Assembly: GCF_000485595.1 (NCBI RefSeq)
Contig: NW_014577072.1
Location: forward strand, 418,860 to 440,860
Direction: 5' to 3'
Source: Priapulus caudatus
Lineage: Eukaryota
DNA length: 22,001 nucleotides
Shown here: one piece after another, positions 1 through 10,008 of the stretch
Layout: each line of letters starts with the position of its first letter
How positions within the stretch are numbered: the stretch's first letter is position 1
Program-made: the position numbers and the translations under genes
The notes under the pieces: model-generated
The model's database searches: none
Told to the model about the DNA's origin: nothing
Seen by the model: only the letters and a program-made list of their open reading frames with translations

Positions 1-2419
1 CCGAGCACGGACGCCGAAAATTCAAGGGTCCAGGCGAGACATCCTCAAGGTTCTGAGGTCGCAATAGCCGGCTCGTGACGGAGCGAGACGCGGGGCGCGC
101 GAAACAGCCGAGCGACAGGCGTGCTGCTTGCCAACCTGCAGACGCTCCAGAACAACCTCCGAGCGGCCCTCAGAGCAGAGACGCGCGCCGGCTGCACGAC
201 CAGGTGAACCTGACGCGACGTGGCGCTGCTGCGCCGCCAAGCACGACCCTGCGACAGTCGCGCCACTGGCCCGCGCCGCCGCAAGGGGCTGCGACAGCCA
301 GCGACTGAAGAGACCTGAGTCCGGCCAGCTCAGAGCGAGCTCGTACGCGCACCAGAAGACGCCGAGGACCGCACCGGCGACACCGAGCCGCTCGCGAAGC
401 CTCAAGCAGCGACTGGTGACGCCCGATGCTCAAGCTGCCGCAGCGAGAGCCGGCTGTCGCAGCCGAAAACCTGAGCCGCAGATCGGCCGCCAAGGAGCGC
501 AGCCTGGAAGAGGTGTCCGCGCAGCTTGGCGGCGGCGCAGCAGGAGGCGGAGGGGGCTAGTGCGCCGCGCCAGCCTGACGCATCGCGACTCCGCAGCGTG
601 CCGATCAGTTACCGCGCCATCGCCGACAGCGCGAGGCGAAGCCTCGCCGAGCCAGAGAATCGAGCAGCCGCACTCTGCAGGCGGCTGTCGAGTCGGTGTC
701 GCCGAGGCCGCGCGGCGAGCACGACCCTCGCGCAGCGGCTCGCGGCGACGCAGCGTGCAGCACGATGCCCGCGCAGAGAAGGCAGAACGCGTGCCTGCTT
801 CGAGCAGAACTCGACGGCATGGCGGACCTGCTGGGCGTAAGCTCGTCCCCGCAGAAACGAGGCTCGCCAGTACGCTCGCTCAGCAGAAGGACCGCCGGCG
901 CTGTGGAGGGCGCGCGCGACCTCACCGCGCAGGCGGGCTCCGCCCGACCGCAGCCGTGAAGTACGGAGGCGCAGCTTGTGCGCACGCCGCGACGGCAGAG
1001 CCTGACGACGTTTGCGCGAGCAGAGGCTCGACGGTGATGACGCGCATGCTCTTGTGACTCTTGCCCGCACCCCGAGGACGCAGCCGCAAAGGCCGAGCGA
1101 AGACGCTGAGCCAGCAAGCAGCCTTGCGGAGCAGCCCGACAGGCGCGCGCCGGAAGAGCGAGTGCGCGCAGTTGCGAGACGCCGCAGCGCGAGCTGCAGC
1201 AGCACAAACGAGGTGCTGCCACCGCACATGGAGACGATGTCCACGCAGATTGCGCGCGGTACGAGCCGCGCGCGGAGCGCCGACACGTCGCTTTACGACA
1301 CGCTCGACATGTCGATGTCGGCCGACGACGGCCAGAAGTCGCGGAGCAGCTGCTCGAATCCTGCCGCTACCGCGCCGCGGAAGGCTATGTGCGACGACAC
1401 AAGCACAGTAAGGGCGCGCGCTGGACGCGCGCCCAGAAAGGGCGCGCGCCGCAGCTCGGCGCTAGCCAGAGCTGCGAGTGTGGACGAGCCATCGCCGAGG
1501 GACGCGTCGCTGGCTGGATCGATGGACGCGCGCCGTGTGTGGGGTGGTGCGTGACGGTGCCGAGCCACGCCCTCACTCATGGAGGTAAGGCCGAGACACT
1601 GCCGTGACTAACGTGCTCGTCCCGACACAACAAAGTCTGCTGCGCGACAGAAGGACGCCCCCCCCCCCGCCTCCACCGATGCAGGCCGCAGAGCAGCAGA
1701 GCGCCGCTGCCGCCCGAGGCGCCGAGCTGCTGCCCTCACAGAAGTCGCCGTGTTGGGAGGCAGCGCGACGCTGCGCCACGCGCTGCAGACGCGAGACGCG
1801 GCGCACTCGCGACGAGGGAAGCCGCTGGAGACCGCACAAACCAGCTGCTCGGCACGCAGCACCAGGTCACGCCGAGGAGTACAGAAAGCTCGTCACGAGA
1901 CGAGAAGCAACGCCAAACAGTTCCTCGCGCTCATCAGGAAGCGAGCGGCACACAAGCATGACCGAGAGCGTCGCACGCGCAGCGGGTGCGCGCTGCACCG
2001 CCGACGTCGCGGCGGGCTGCAGCGTCGCCGCCGCGCCGAGAATCACTGCGCCCCGTCGCGCTCGGAAGCACAGCGCCAGAGCCTGAGGTGCGAGCAGGCA
2101 GAGCAGAGGAGGCCGCACGCTGCGCAAGAGCTCGCGTCCCGCCGCCAACGCTGCGCGTCGCGAAGGCTGCGCAGCGATCGGCTGGCGCTGCGCGCGAGTC
2201 GCCGACAAGCAACCAGAAGATCCAGAGCCGAGCTGAAGCAGCTAACCAGGTGCGCAAGATCGCGCGAAGTACAAGACGCAGTTCGACGAGCAAGCTTGCG
2301 AGTACGAGAACGTACCCGATGTCGCAGTGACGAGAATGTGGCGGCGGCTCGCGTCGCGGAGGAGCCGCGCCCCGCGGCGGCGCCCAGGCGAGCAGCAGAG
2401 GCTCGAGCTCGCGCTGCAC
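1..2419 (+). CDS. TPR: Nucleoprotein TPR (Megator) coiled-coil region; one large exon, frameshift-riddled in this assembly
   Basis: Reading across indels gives TPR-like peptides in the correct order: LLANLQTLQNNL (~122-160; human LLLTNLQTIQGIL), DQYRAIADSA (~603; EQYQAMVTSL), HMETMSTQI (~1225), DDGQKS.EQLLE.L (~1324; EGKSQEQILEILRF), EEYRKLV (~1874; EEYRKLL), QVRKIAR-KYKTQFDE (~2247; QVKKIGRRYKTQYEEL). GC is uniformly high with no AT-rich intron. Dense single-base indels look like raw long-read error. Confidence 0.8.
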
Positions 2420-2429
2420 NNNNNNNNNN
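2420..2429. other. Assembly gap (10 N)
   Basis: Run of N. Confidence 1.
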
Positions 2430-2435
2430 AGTTTA

Positions 2436-2504
2436 CAGAGGGAGAGCTGGGAGAGGCAGAGGGAGAGCTGGGAGAGGCAGAGGGAGAGCTGGGAGAGGCA
2501 GAGG
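2436..2504 (+). repeat. 21-bp coding tandem repeat x3 (EGELGEA)
   Basis: cagagggagagctgggagagg three times exactly plus a partial copy. Confidence 0.9.
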
Positions 2505-2590
2505 CTGCTGGAGATGACGAGGAAGACGTGGACGAGAGCGATGATGTGATTCTAGTAGAGAGTGATGAAGAGGAAGTCGCTGGCATTCAG
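2439..2590 (+). CDS. TPR: TPR acidic-region exon (third from last), out of order in this assembly
   Basis: Encodes (E)GELGEAEGELGEAEGELGEAEAAGDDEEDVDESDDVILVESDEEEVAGIQ; DDVILVESDEEE matches human TPR DDVIVIDSDDEEE. It ends at CAG|GTGTGT in phase 0, compatible with exon 9625-9765. The 5' boundary is uncertain (possible tttacag acceptor next to the gap). Confidence 0.75.
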
Positions 2591-3780
2591 GTGTGTAGCC
2601 TAGCGCACTGCATTCAGGTGTGTAGACCTAGCGATGCAATTTAGGTGGTCTCACGAACCATTGGCCGGGTGTGTAGCCTAGCGCACTGCATTCAGGTGTG
2701 TAGCCTAGCGCACTGCATTCAGGTGTGTAGCCTAGCGCACTGCATTAGGCTGCTGTAGCTAGCGCACTGCATTTATGGTGTGTAGCCTAGCGCACTGCAT
2801 TCAGGTGTGTAGCCTAGCGCACTGCATTCAGGTGTGTAGCCTAGCGCACTGCATTCAGGTGTGTAGCCTAGCGCACGTGCTTTGTCAGGTGCTGCGTAGA
2901 GCCTAGCGCACTGCCTTCGTGTGTGTAAGGCCTAGCGCGTGCTTCGGCTGTGTGTCCTAGGCACTGCATTTCATGTGTGTGTGTTCTAGCGCTCTGATTG
3001 CTAGGTGTGTTAGCTAGCGCACTGCCATTCCAGGTGGGAGGACTGTGGCCTAGCGCCACTGCATTCAGGCTGTTGCTGGCTTAGAGGCACGATTCAGGGT
3101 GTGGCCTAGCGCCACTGCTTCAGGTGTGTTAGCCTAGCGCACTGCATTCAGGTGTGTGGCCTAGCGCACTGCATTCAGGTGTGTAGCCTAGCGCTGTGCA
3201 TTCAGGTGTGTAGCCTAGCGCACTGCATTCAGGTGTGTAGCCTAGCGCAGCTGCATTCAGCGGTGTCGTAGTTTTTTCCTAGCGACTAGGCTTCGAGGTC
3301 GTGCGTATGCGCCTAGCGCAGTGGCTTTCAGTTGTGTGTAGCCTAGGGGACTGGGCTTCAGTCGTGGTGGCCTAGCGCATGCTTGCAGATAGTTAGTTTT
3401 GGCGACACCATAAACTGGAGGTTATATTTTGTGTGGCCTAGCGCACTGCTCTTCGGTTTGTGTGTGGCCTAGGCACTGACTCAGGTGTGTGGCGCCGTAG
3501 CGCATGCCGATTTCATGTGTTGATGTGCTTCTACGCTGGTGGCATTACGGTGTGTTGCCTAGCGCCTGCATTCAGTGTGGGCTGCTGCTAGCGCCACTGC
3601 GTTCAGGTTGTGTAGCCCCCGCTCTCTCCTCTCTCCTCGATAAAGTTTCGCGCGCTGCCTGTCAGGTGTGTAGACCTTCGATCTAAGCGCTCATTCCTGC
3701 GTTAGCGATGTGTAGATCGTTTTGCCCGCCTAGCGCTGTGTCATTTCGGGTGCATGTTAGTCGTAGGCGTGTTGCAATGC
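2583..3780 (+). repeat. 27-bp minisatellite GCATTCAGGTGTGTAGCCTAGCGCACT, roughly 40 units, starting across the TPR exon/intron junction
   Basis: Perfect units at 2583-2609, ~2688-2741, ~2797-2875 and ~3141-3248. Other units are degraded by indels. A recurring variant is gtgtgtGgcc. Confidence 0.95.
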
Positions 3781-3804
3781 CTGTCGCCGGTGGAATTCGA
3801 GCTT

Positions 3805-4361
3805 AGGTCTGCCTCAGTACTTGACAGAATTTCTTGAATTTTGGAGCGCGCGCAGGCTTCCTTGAAATGTACTTATGATATTGTAGGTAATGTTGGATTT
3901 TGGTGCTCTTGAAAGTCCTATTGCATATTTCAAAAAATGCTCCTTGATTCTTTAGAAGAATTCGCTCTGCCTGTAATACAAGCAATTGTGTCATCATATT
4001 GTTAACCTCCATAAAATTGCGTTAACTGAGCTTAAAAGCTTATAGACCGAGTGGACAGTTAAGAGGGACTTATCACAATTACAGTTACGTCATAAAAATC
4101 AGTCAGTAAATCAAGGTATGGTATAGTGACGTGCTAGCTTTCGCTGTTTATGTGACATAGGGTTTTATATCTAATTTTGTCGGTAAGTTTGTATTGAGGT
4201 GGCATGCTTGATTAGAATGGGGTTATTTCCAGCGTTATGTGTGTTTGCTTTGTGCTGATGAATCTTCTCTCTCAGATAAATGTCTTGATAATAATGCTCC
4301 TTAAAAAGTTTCTCTTTGTGGAAAATAATTGCTTTTACGTTTCTCTGTCACGAAGGCCATG
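3805..4361. mobile_element. Possible non-autonomous hAT-like element with (c/t)cttgaa subterminal repeats (noisy copy)
   Basis: Clustered cttga(a) motifs at ~3818-3950. The right end matches the clean copy at 9318-9356 (gtccttgaaaaa...ctgtacgaaccatg; reverse complement CATGGTTCGTACAG, a hAT-like terminus). The left TIR is unreadable. Confidence 0.35.
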
Positions 4362-5739
4362 ATAAACGGCTGGATTCTCGTTACACCAGATTGCAAGCTG
4401 TTACATCTAAGTATGATCGTGTTTGACATCCATTTGGAGGAGTGCATAGGGGTTCTTCACCAGACTTTGTTTGTGTTTTAGAAATCTTTCCTCAGAGGTA
4501 CTTTAAAGATGGATAGTTTTTTTGTTGCATGAAGAGATGACTATGTTGAATGTGCCAAAGCACTGCCTTTTAAAACTTGAATTGACGAATCACAACTGGT
4601 AAAAGTGAAACAATCATTCTTTCTGTTAAAGTGCATATTGTTTACTCGACCAGCCCGAAGAGTTCCTGAGACACGAAGAAGAGCGAAGCCGAGATACTTA
4701 TGATTGTGGAGCGATTAATGGAGGGAAGGAGCTTTGACACAGCGGAGCGAGGCAATTGGGGCGAAGAGGATGAGCGAGAGATTTAGGTATTTTGAGGTAT
4801 ATCTGCTAAAACATTGTTATCAGTATGATTGTTGTCAATGCTAGAATATTTGCCGTATTAAAGTTGCATGCACTCTAATTATTTAGATTTTTTTTTTCTG
4901 TGACCCATGGGGTCATGTGTTGCTTCCTGTCACGGGAACATTTTGTTCCTTTACATACGGTATACTAGTGCGTCGTTCGCCGTCCCTTCGGGACCGGGAT
5001 TGTCCGGTATGAATTTATTGCAATGTAAATAATCTGTTTGTGTTTGGTTCTCTGGAGGTGGCGAGGAGTGTTTACGAGGATGAGATGGGACAGAGAGGAG
5101 TCGTTATGGCGGAGGAAGCTCCGATGAGATGTCGTCGAGAATTATCGACGACGAGGAGGACGACGACACACGATTGGCGACGCCGACGACGACATCGAGA
5201 GGCCGGCGGCGCAATGGACGCGCAGCGAGAGCGCGGCGGCGTCGCAGACGACGCCGAAGCGCTGCGACCTTCTCGCCGTCGCGGCAGCGTGCCCTGCGGG
5301 ACAGCGCGCGCAGACCTGGGCGCTTTGTCTTGTGTTTGTAGCTTTGGTTATTGGTTCTGCTGGGTCTCCCCGGCGTCGCGCACGGGCCGGGTTCGTGCGA
5401 GATACGCAGCGAGCGGGCTGTCGACTGATGGGGCGCGGATTTCGGCGGCGGTTCCCGCCGGGCGCAGCGCGCCGGAAGCGTCACTCGGACTGTGCGTGTC
5501 TTTACGACGACTGGGCGTGACGGCATCGTGCCTGGGAGGGCACGCGCCGCGCCTGATCTGTGACGCGGGCGCACTGACCGTGGCTTCGCGCGGAGTGCGA
5601 GATCAGCTCGTCACGGTTGCAGGTGCGTTGTTTCACGTTCGGCATGTAGTTATCCGCATGACTAGACTTGTGGCGATCTCCTCCTCCTTCTGCGGCGAGG
5701 CTTAGCAGCCAGCGTGCCGTCGCAGCTCGCTCCAGGGGA
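4160..5739 (+). other. TPR: Error-laden direct duplicate of 9198-10573 (TPR intron, exon copy 4654-4796, start of last exon ~5054-5739)
   Basis: Collinear matches: gtgttttagaaatctttcctcagaggtactttaaa (~4473 vs ~9442), cagcccgaagagtt (4651 vs 9622), gtcgttatggcggaggaagct (5100 vs 10054), agcgtgccgtcgcagctcg (5711 vs 10543). Differences are mostly indels. Confidence 0.9.
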
Positions 5740-5742
5740 CCG

Positions 5743-5925
5743 CAGGAGCTGGAGGCGGCGGCGGCGGCGCACGACGCGGAGCGGCGCGCTCTCGCCGACG
5801 AGGCGCAGCGGCTGACAGACGAGATCGCACAGCTGCGCAAGGCCGAGGAGCAGCTGAAGACACAGTTGGGCGAGACCGAGCGCATTAAGAAGGTGCTGCA
5901 GCAGGCCAAGCAGAGGATTCTACAG
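5743..5925 (+). CDS. TPR: TPR coiled-coil exon, 3' portion (clean sequence)
   Basis: QELEAAAAAHDAERRALADEAQRLTDEIAQLRKAEEQLKTQLGETERIKKVLQQAKQRILQ (human [29 protein letters not shown]); donor CAG|GTGAGG, phase 0. Confidence 0.85.
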
Positions 5926-6358
5926 GTGAGGAAGCGAGCGTACGATGCAAGCGCAGTACGTAATAGCTTACACTGTATAATATATAACAGCTTAGCTTTG
6001 CTTGCGCATAATTAGTGCTGAGCTTGAAATTTGTGTCTGTCAAACGGACGTTGTTGCAGATTTTGTTGTCTCGTTGACCATAAATATTTCTGGTTGCTTC
6101 GACGAAGGTAGAATCTTGCAATATAAACACTGCAGACTGCACACACTGTTAGCATTCACGTAAAAATTTATTCTGGATTATGTATTAGGCGAGAATAAAA
6201 AATTTTCATGGTGACTTTGTGTTTCAACTAACCTTGTGTACATTCTACTTACCCGTGTGTGAAAATGTTTTGTATTTATGATGGGACTGCCTGACTGCTT
6301 TTAATGTGCACCGTGGAATTGCATGACTACCATTTGAAAACATTATGTGCGGCATTAG

Positions 6359-6617
6359 ATCTCGTCGAATCGCGACAAGATTGCCTCCGAGATCGACGAC
6401 TTGAAGCAGCTTTCGGCGACGGCCAGCGAGGAGCACGAGTCCAAGCTAACCGCCGCCAAGGCCGAGTACGAGGGCCGGCTGGCGAAGCTGACGCAGGAGC
6501 TGACCGAGGCCCAGGAGGCGAGGAACGCGAGCCGCCAGGAGGCGCTGCAACTCGGCGCTAATGTAGAGCAGCTGAACAGGCGGCTGGAGACGCGGCAGAA
6601 GCAGCTGTCGCAGCACG
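6359..6617 (+). CDS. TPR: TPR exon, end of coiled coil (truncated by gap)
   Basis: Acceptor cattag|ATC in phase 0; ISSNRDKIASEIDDLKQLSATASEEHESKLTAAKAEYEGRLAKLTQEL (human TALKSQYEGRISRLEREL). Confidence 0.85.
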
Positions 6618-7383
6618 NNNNNNNNNNNNNNNNNNNNNNNNNNNNNNNNNNNNNNNNNNNNNNNNNNNNNNNNNNNNNNNNNNNNNNNNNNNNNNNNNNN
6701 NNNNNNNNNNNNNNNNNNNNNNNNNNNNNNNNNNNNNNNNNNNNNNNNNNNNNNNNNNNNNNNNNNNNNNNNNNNNNNNNNNNNNNNNNNNNNNNNNNNN
6801 NNNNNNNNNNNNNNNNNNNNNNNNNNNNNNNNNNNNNNNNNNNNNNNNNNNNNNNNNNNNNNNNNNNNNNNNNNNNNNNNNNNNNNNNNNNNNNNNNNNN
6901 NNNNNNNNNNNNNNNNNNNNNNNNNNNNNNNNNNNNNNNNNNNNNNNNNNNNNNNNNNNNNNNNNNNNNNNNNNNNNNNNNNNNNNNNNNNNNNNNNNNN
7001 NNNNNNNNNNNNNNNNNNNNNNNNNNNNNNNNNNNNNNNNNNNNNNNNNNNNNNNNNNNNNNNNNNNNNNNNNNNNNNNNNNNNNNNNNNNNNNNNNNNN
7101 NNNNNNNNNNNNNNNNNNNNNNNNNNNNNNNNNNNNNNNNNNNNNNNNNNNNNNNNNNNNNNNNNNNNNNNNNNNNNNNNNNNNNNNNNNNNNNNNNNNN
7201 NNNNNNNNNNNNNNNNNNNNNNNNNNNNNNNNNNNNNNNNNNNNNNNNNNNNNNNNNNNNNNNNNNNNNNNNNNNNNNNNNNNNNNNNNNNNNNNNNNNN
7301 NNNNNNNNNNNNNNNNNNNNNNNNNNNNNNNNNNNNNNNNNNNNNNNNNNNNNNNNNNNNNNNNNNNNNNNNNNNNNNNNNNN
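6618..7383. other. Assembly gap (766 N)
   Basis: Run of N. Confidence 1.
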
Positions 7384-7934
7384 TGTCGCAGCCAGGCAGA
7401 GCAGGCAAGCTGTCGGCGAAGCACCAGCACCAACGATAGGACCAGGAGGGTCTCTAATAAAAATACTGATGTGTTTGCCTCACCCGACCACCGACAAAAA
7501 GGGGCGTCTAAATAAAAAAATGTATCATCGTTTTTTTCTCTTTTTTTTAAACAAATTCGGTATCACGTAATTGTATCACACAAGGTGCGTATCAGCTTAT
7601 ATAAATCTGTAGGCCTATACATTATTATGTACCAAGCAAACAAAACATTCAACATAAAAGCGTATCTCCACGACAAGCACACACCAGCAGCAGTACACAC
7701 CAATGTGAATTATGTAAAAAGATCCCCCGTTCCTAAAAAAAAACCGACTTACCTACCAAACTTTTCGACCTGCGTCGGCGTGAGGGCAAAACAATATTTT
7801 AGCTTCATCTGACATAGGTCGATGATGCCAGTCTTGTAGAATCGCTTGATCGTTCCGCCCGCTCCTGAGCCTATCCGTTCCGTCGCGTTCGTCAACCCAA
7901 GTTGCGGCCACAAATCTAATGACCCGGCTCGACG

Positions 7935-7961
7935 TATATAATATATATATATATATATATA
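7935..7961. repeat. (TA)n microsatellite followed by a CT-rich tract
   Basis: tatataatatatatatatatatatata. Confidence 0.8.
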
Positions 7962-8698
7962 GCTATACGCCACTCCCCTCGCCCTTGCTCTCACTCTCCC
8001 TCCCTCTCATTCTCTTTCCCTCAACACGTCAAGCTCCCCTTCTCACTCTCCATAATAGTATAATTGATTGCAATCGCGCCCACTTTTTACCTCTCTCGCT
8101 GTGCACCCTTAGTTCTTCATATTGAAATCCTCCTATCTTTCCCCCATCGCAACCTCCAGAAAGTTGCGGCACATTTCCCGCAATTGCGGTTCTCTCGAAT
8201 TTCATTCTAAAGATTTTCCAGTCCTTTGCTTTCTAAAATCATGTAAAATATATCCGACACATATCTCAACGATGAATCGTCAGCGATGTATTTTTTCGTA
8301 CCCTCACCTTCCTGAAATTTGTTAATGCCCATATAAATTACTATGCTTCGCGACAAGTGAATGTGCTGTTCTCTGTATAGTAGTCTAGTAAAATATTCGC
8401 TGGTACAGCACTGGTTCGGACGCTTATATTCGCACATTGGGTGAGGCATCGTCTAAACCGTCATGGGGAATATAGTCAGCTTTGATGAGCAGCTAATTTT
8501 TCTGGTTCACTAGCATCCCGAAGTTACAAAAGTAGTAGAGTATATATGCATGTGCTGTGAAAACTCTTCTGTAAACTATTAGTATTACTGTAAATAACTA
8601 TAATGTGTGTATAGTACTGTCTATACTGTACTGCGCGCGTGCGTGCGTACGTGCATGCGCGTGCGTGCGTATTGCGCGTCAGGTACTGTAAAAAGTAG

Positions 8699-9197
8699 TT
8701 GTTTGTGACCCTACCATCCACAACAGTTGATGTGGAGAGGGGTTTTAGCAGACATAATTTGGTTAAAACAGCTCTGAGAAATCACCTGAAAACAGAAAGT
8801 GTTTGTGACATTCTAACCATCAAAATTGAAGGCCCAGGAGAAGAGATGTTTGACTTTGAAAAGTAGAATTTTCCTGCCAGCAGTGAAGAAAAAAAATTCA
8901 GACAATTTGAATGTCTCTGTCAGTCAGTCAGAGTTATGGTGGTGAATCATAGTGTTAGTGTCTCAGTCATAGACATGTGGTGAATAATAGTTTGTTTGCA
9001 TTAAATAAGTGTAGTTTTGTACTTCATGCATATAAAAGTTTGTGAAAAAATAAAGAAAAGAAAAATTATTTATCGCCTGTTTGTGTTCATAAAATGTTAG
9101 GCCACAGATGTGGCTAACAGGAATCCAAATTGGCTAATGAAAATTGATTCTGGCTAATTGTTTGGCTACAGAACAAAAAATCCTAGCTAGGGCCCTG
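8699..9197 (+). mobile_element. hAT transposon relic: C-terminal dimerization-domain fragment plus right terminus
   Basis: 8705-8866 translates VTLPSTTVDVERGFSRHNLVKTALRNHLKTESVCDILTIKIEGPGEEMFDFEK*, matching the hAT dimerization motif LP-x-[ST]-x3-ERxFS-x4-KT-x-LR. Subterminal TGGCTA x4 (9111, 9131, 9151, 9163). Terminus ...CTAGCTAGGGCCCTG (reverse complement CAGGGCCC). Left end not seen. Confidence 0.85.
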
Positions 9198-9624
9198 AGA
9201 AGGGTTTATTAATGTGATCCAGGTAAGTTTTAGAGGTGACATGCAGTGATTAAGAATGGGGTTAATCCAGGTATGTTTTGTTCTGTGTATGAATTCCGAT
9301 AAAATGTCTGATAAAATGTCCTTGAAAAAAAATGCAGTCTTCCTGTACGAACCATGATAGAGCGTTCAGTGCAAACTGTTAATTATATGACGTTTTGACA
9401 TCAGGAGACGTGCATAGGCTTCTTCACCAGAACTCTGTTAGTGTTTTAGAAATCTTTCCTCAGAGGTACTTTAAAATGGATAAGTTTTTTGTTAGCATGA
9501 CAGATGACTAGTTGACATGTGCAAAAGCACCTGCCTTTAAAACTTGAATTGAACAATCACCAATGGTAAAAGTGAAACAATCCATTCTTTCCTGTTAAAG
9601 TGCCATCTTGTTTACTCGACACAG

Positions 9625-9765
9625 CCCGAAGAGTTTCCTGAAGACTACGAAGAAGAGGAAGCCGAAGATACTTATGATGTGGGCGAAATGGAGGAAGGAG
9701 ACTTTGACACAGCGGAAGACGAGCAATTGGGCGAAGAAGAGATGCACGAAGATTTAGATTTTGAG
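9625..9765 (+). CDS. TPR: TPR penultimate exon (acidic, 141 nt, phase 0-0), absent from the ORF track
   Basis: acacag|CCC...GAG|gtaaaa; PEEFPEDYEEEEAEDTYDVGEMEEGDFDTAEDEQLGEEEMHEDLDFE; joins 2590 and 10009 in frame. Confidence 0.85.
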
Positions 9766-10008
9766 GTAAAACTCTAAAAACAATGTTAATCAGTATGTTG
9801 TCTGTCAATGCTAGAATAATTTGCCGTATAAAGTTGATGAACATAATTATTTAGATTTTTTTTTTCTGTTGACCATGGTGGGCATGATGTTGCTTCCTTG
9901 AGTCGGGAACATTTTGTTCCTTACAAGGCTATACTAGTGCGTGTTCGCCGTCCTTCGGGCCGGGTATTTAGAATTATTGCATGTAAAACATCATGTTTGT
10001 GGTTTTAG

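Noticed and set aside
1..2644. Many overlapping Arg/Ala-rich ORFs on both strands as separate genes, or TPR as a true pseudogene or programmed-frameshift gene
   Set aside because: They are by-products of GC-rich, indel-corrupted TPR coding sequence. Flanking TPR exons are clean with intact splice sites, which points to sequencing error.
2583..3780. CRISPR-like array (27-bp repeat)
   Set aside because: Units are head-to-tail with no unique spacers, there are no cas genes, and the context is a eukaryotic intron; it is a minisatellite.
6401..7570. ORFs spanning the N gap, and an exon continuation at 7384-7450
   Set aside because: Open only because of Ns. The bases after the gap (tgtcgcagc) repeat 6606-6614 and look like a noisy overlapping read.
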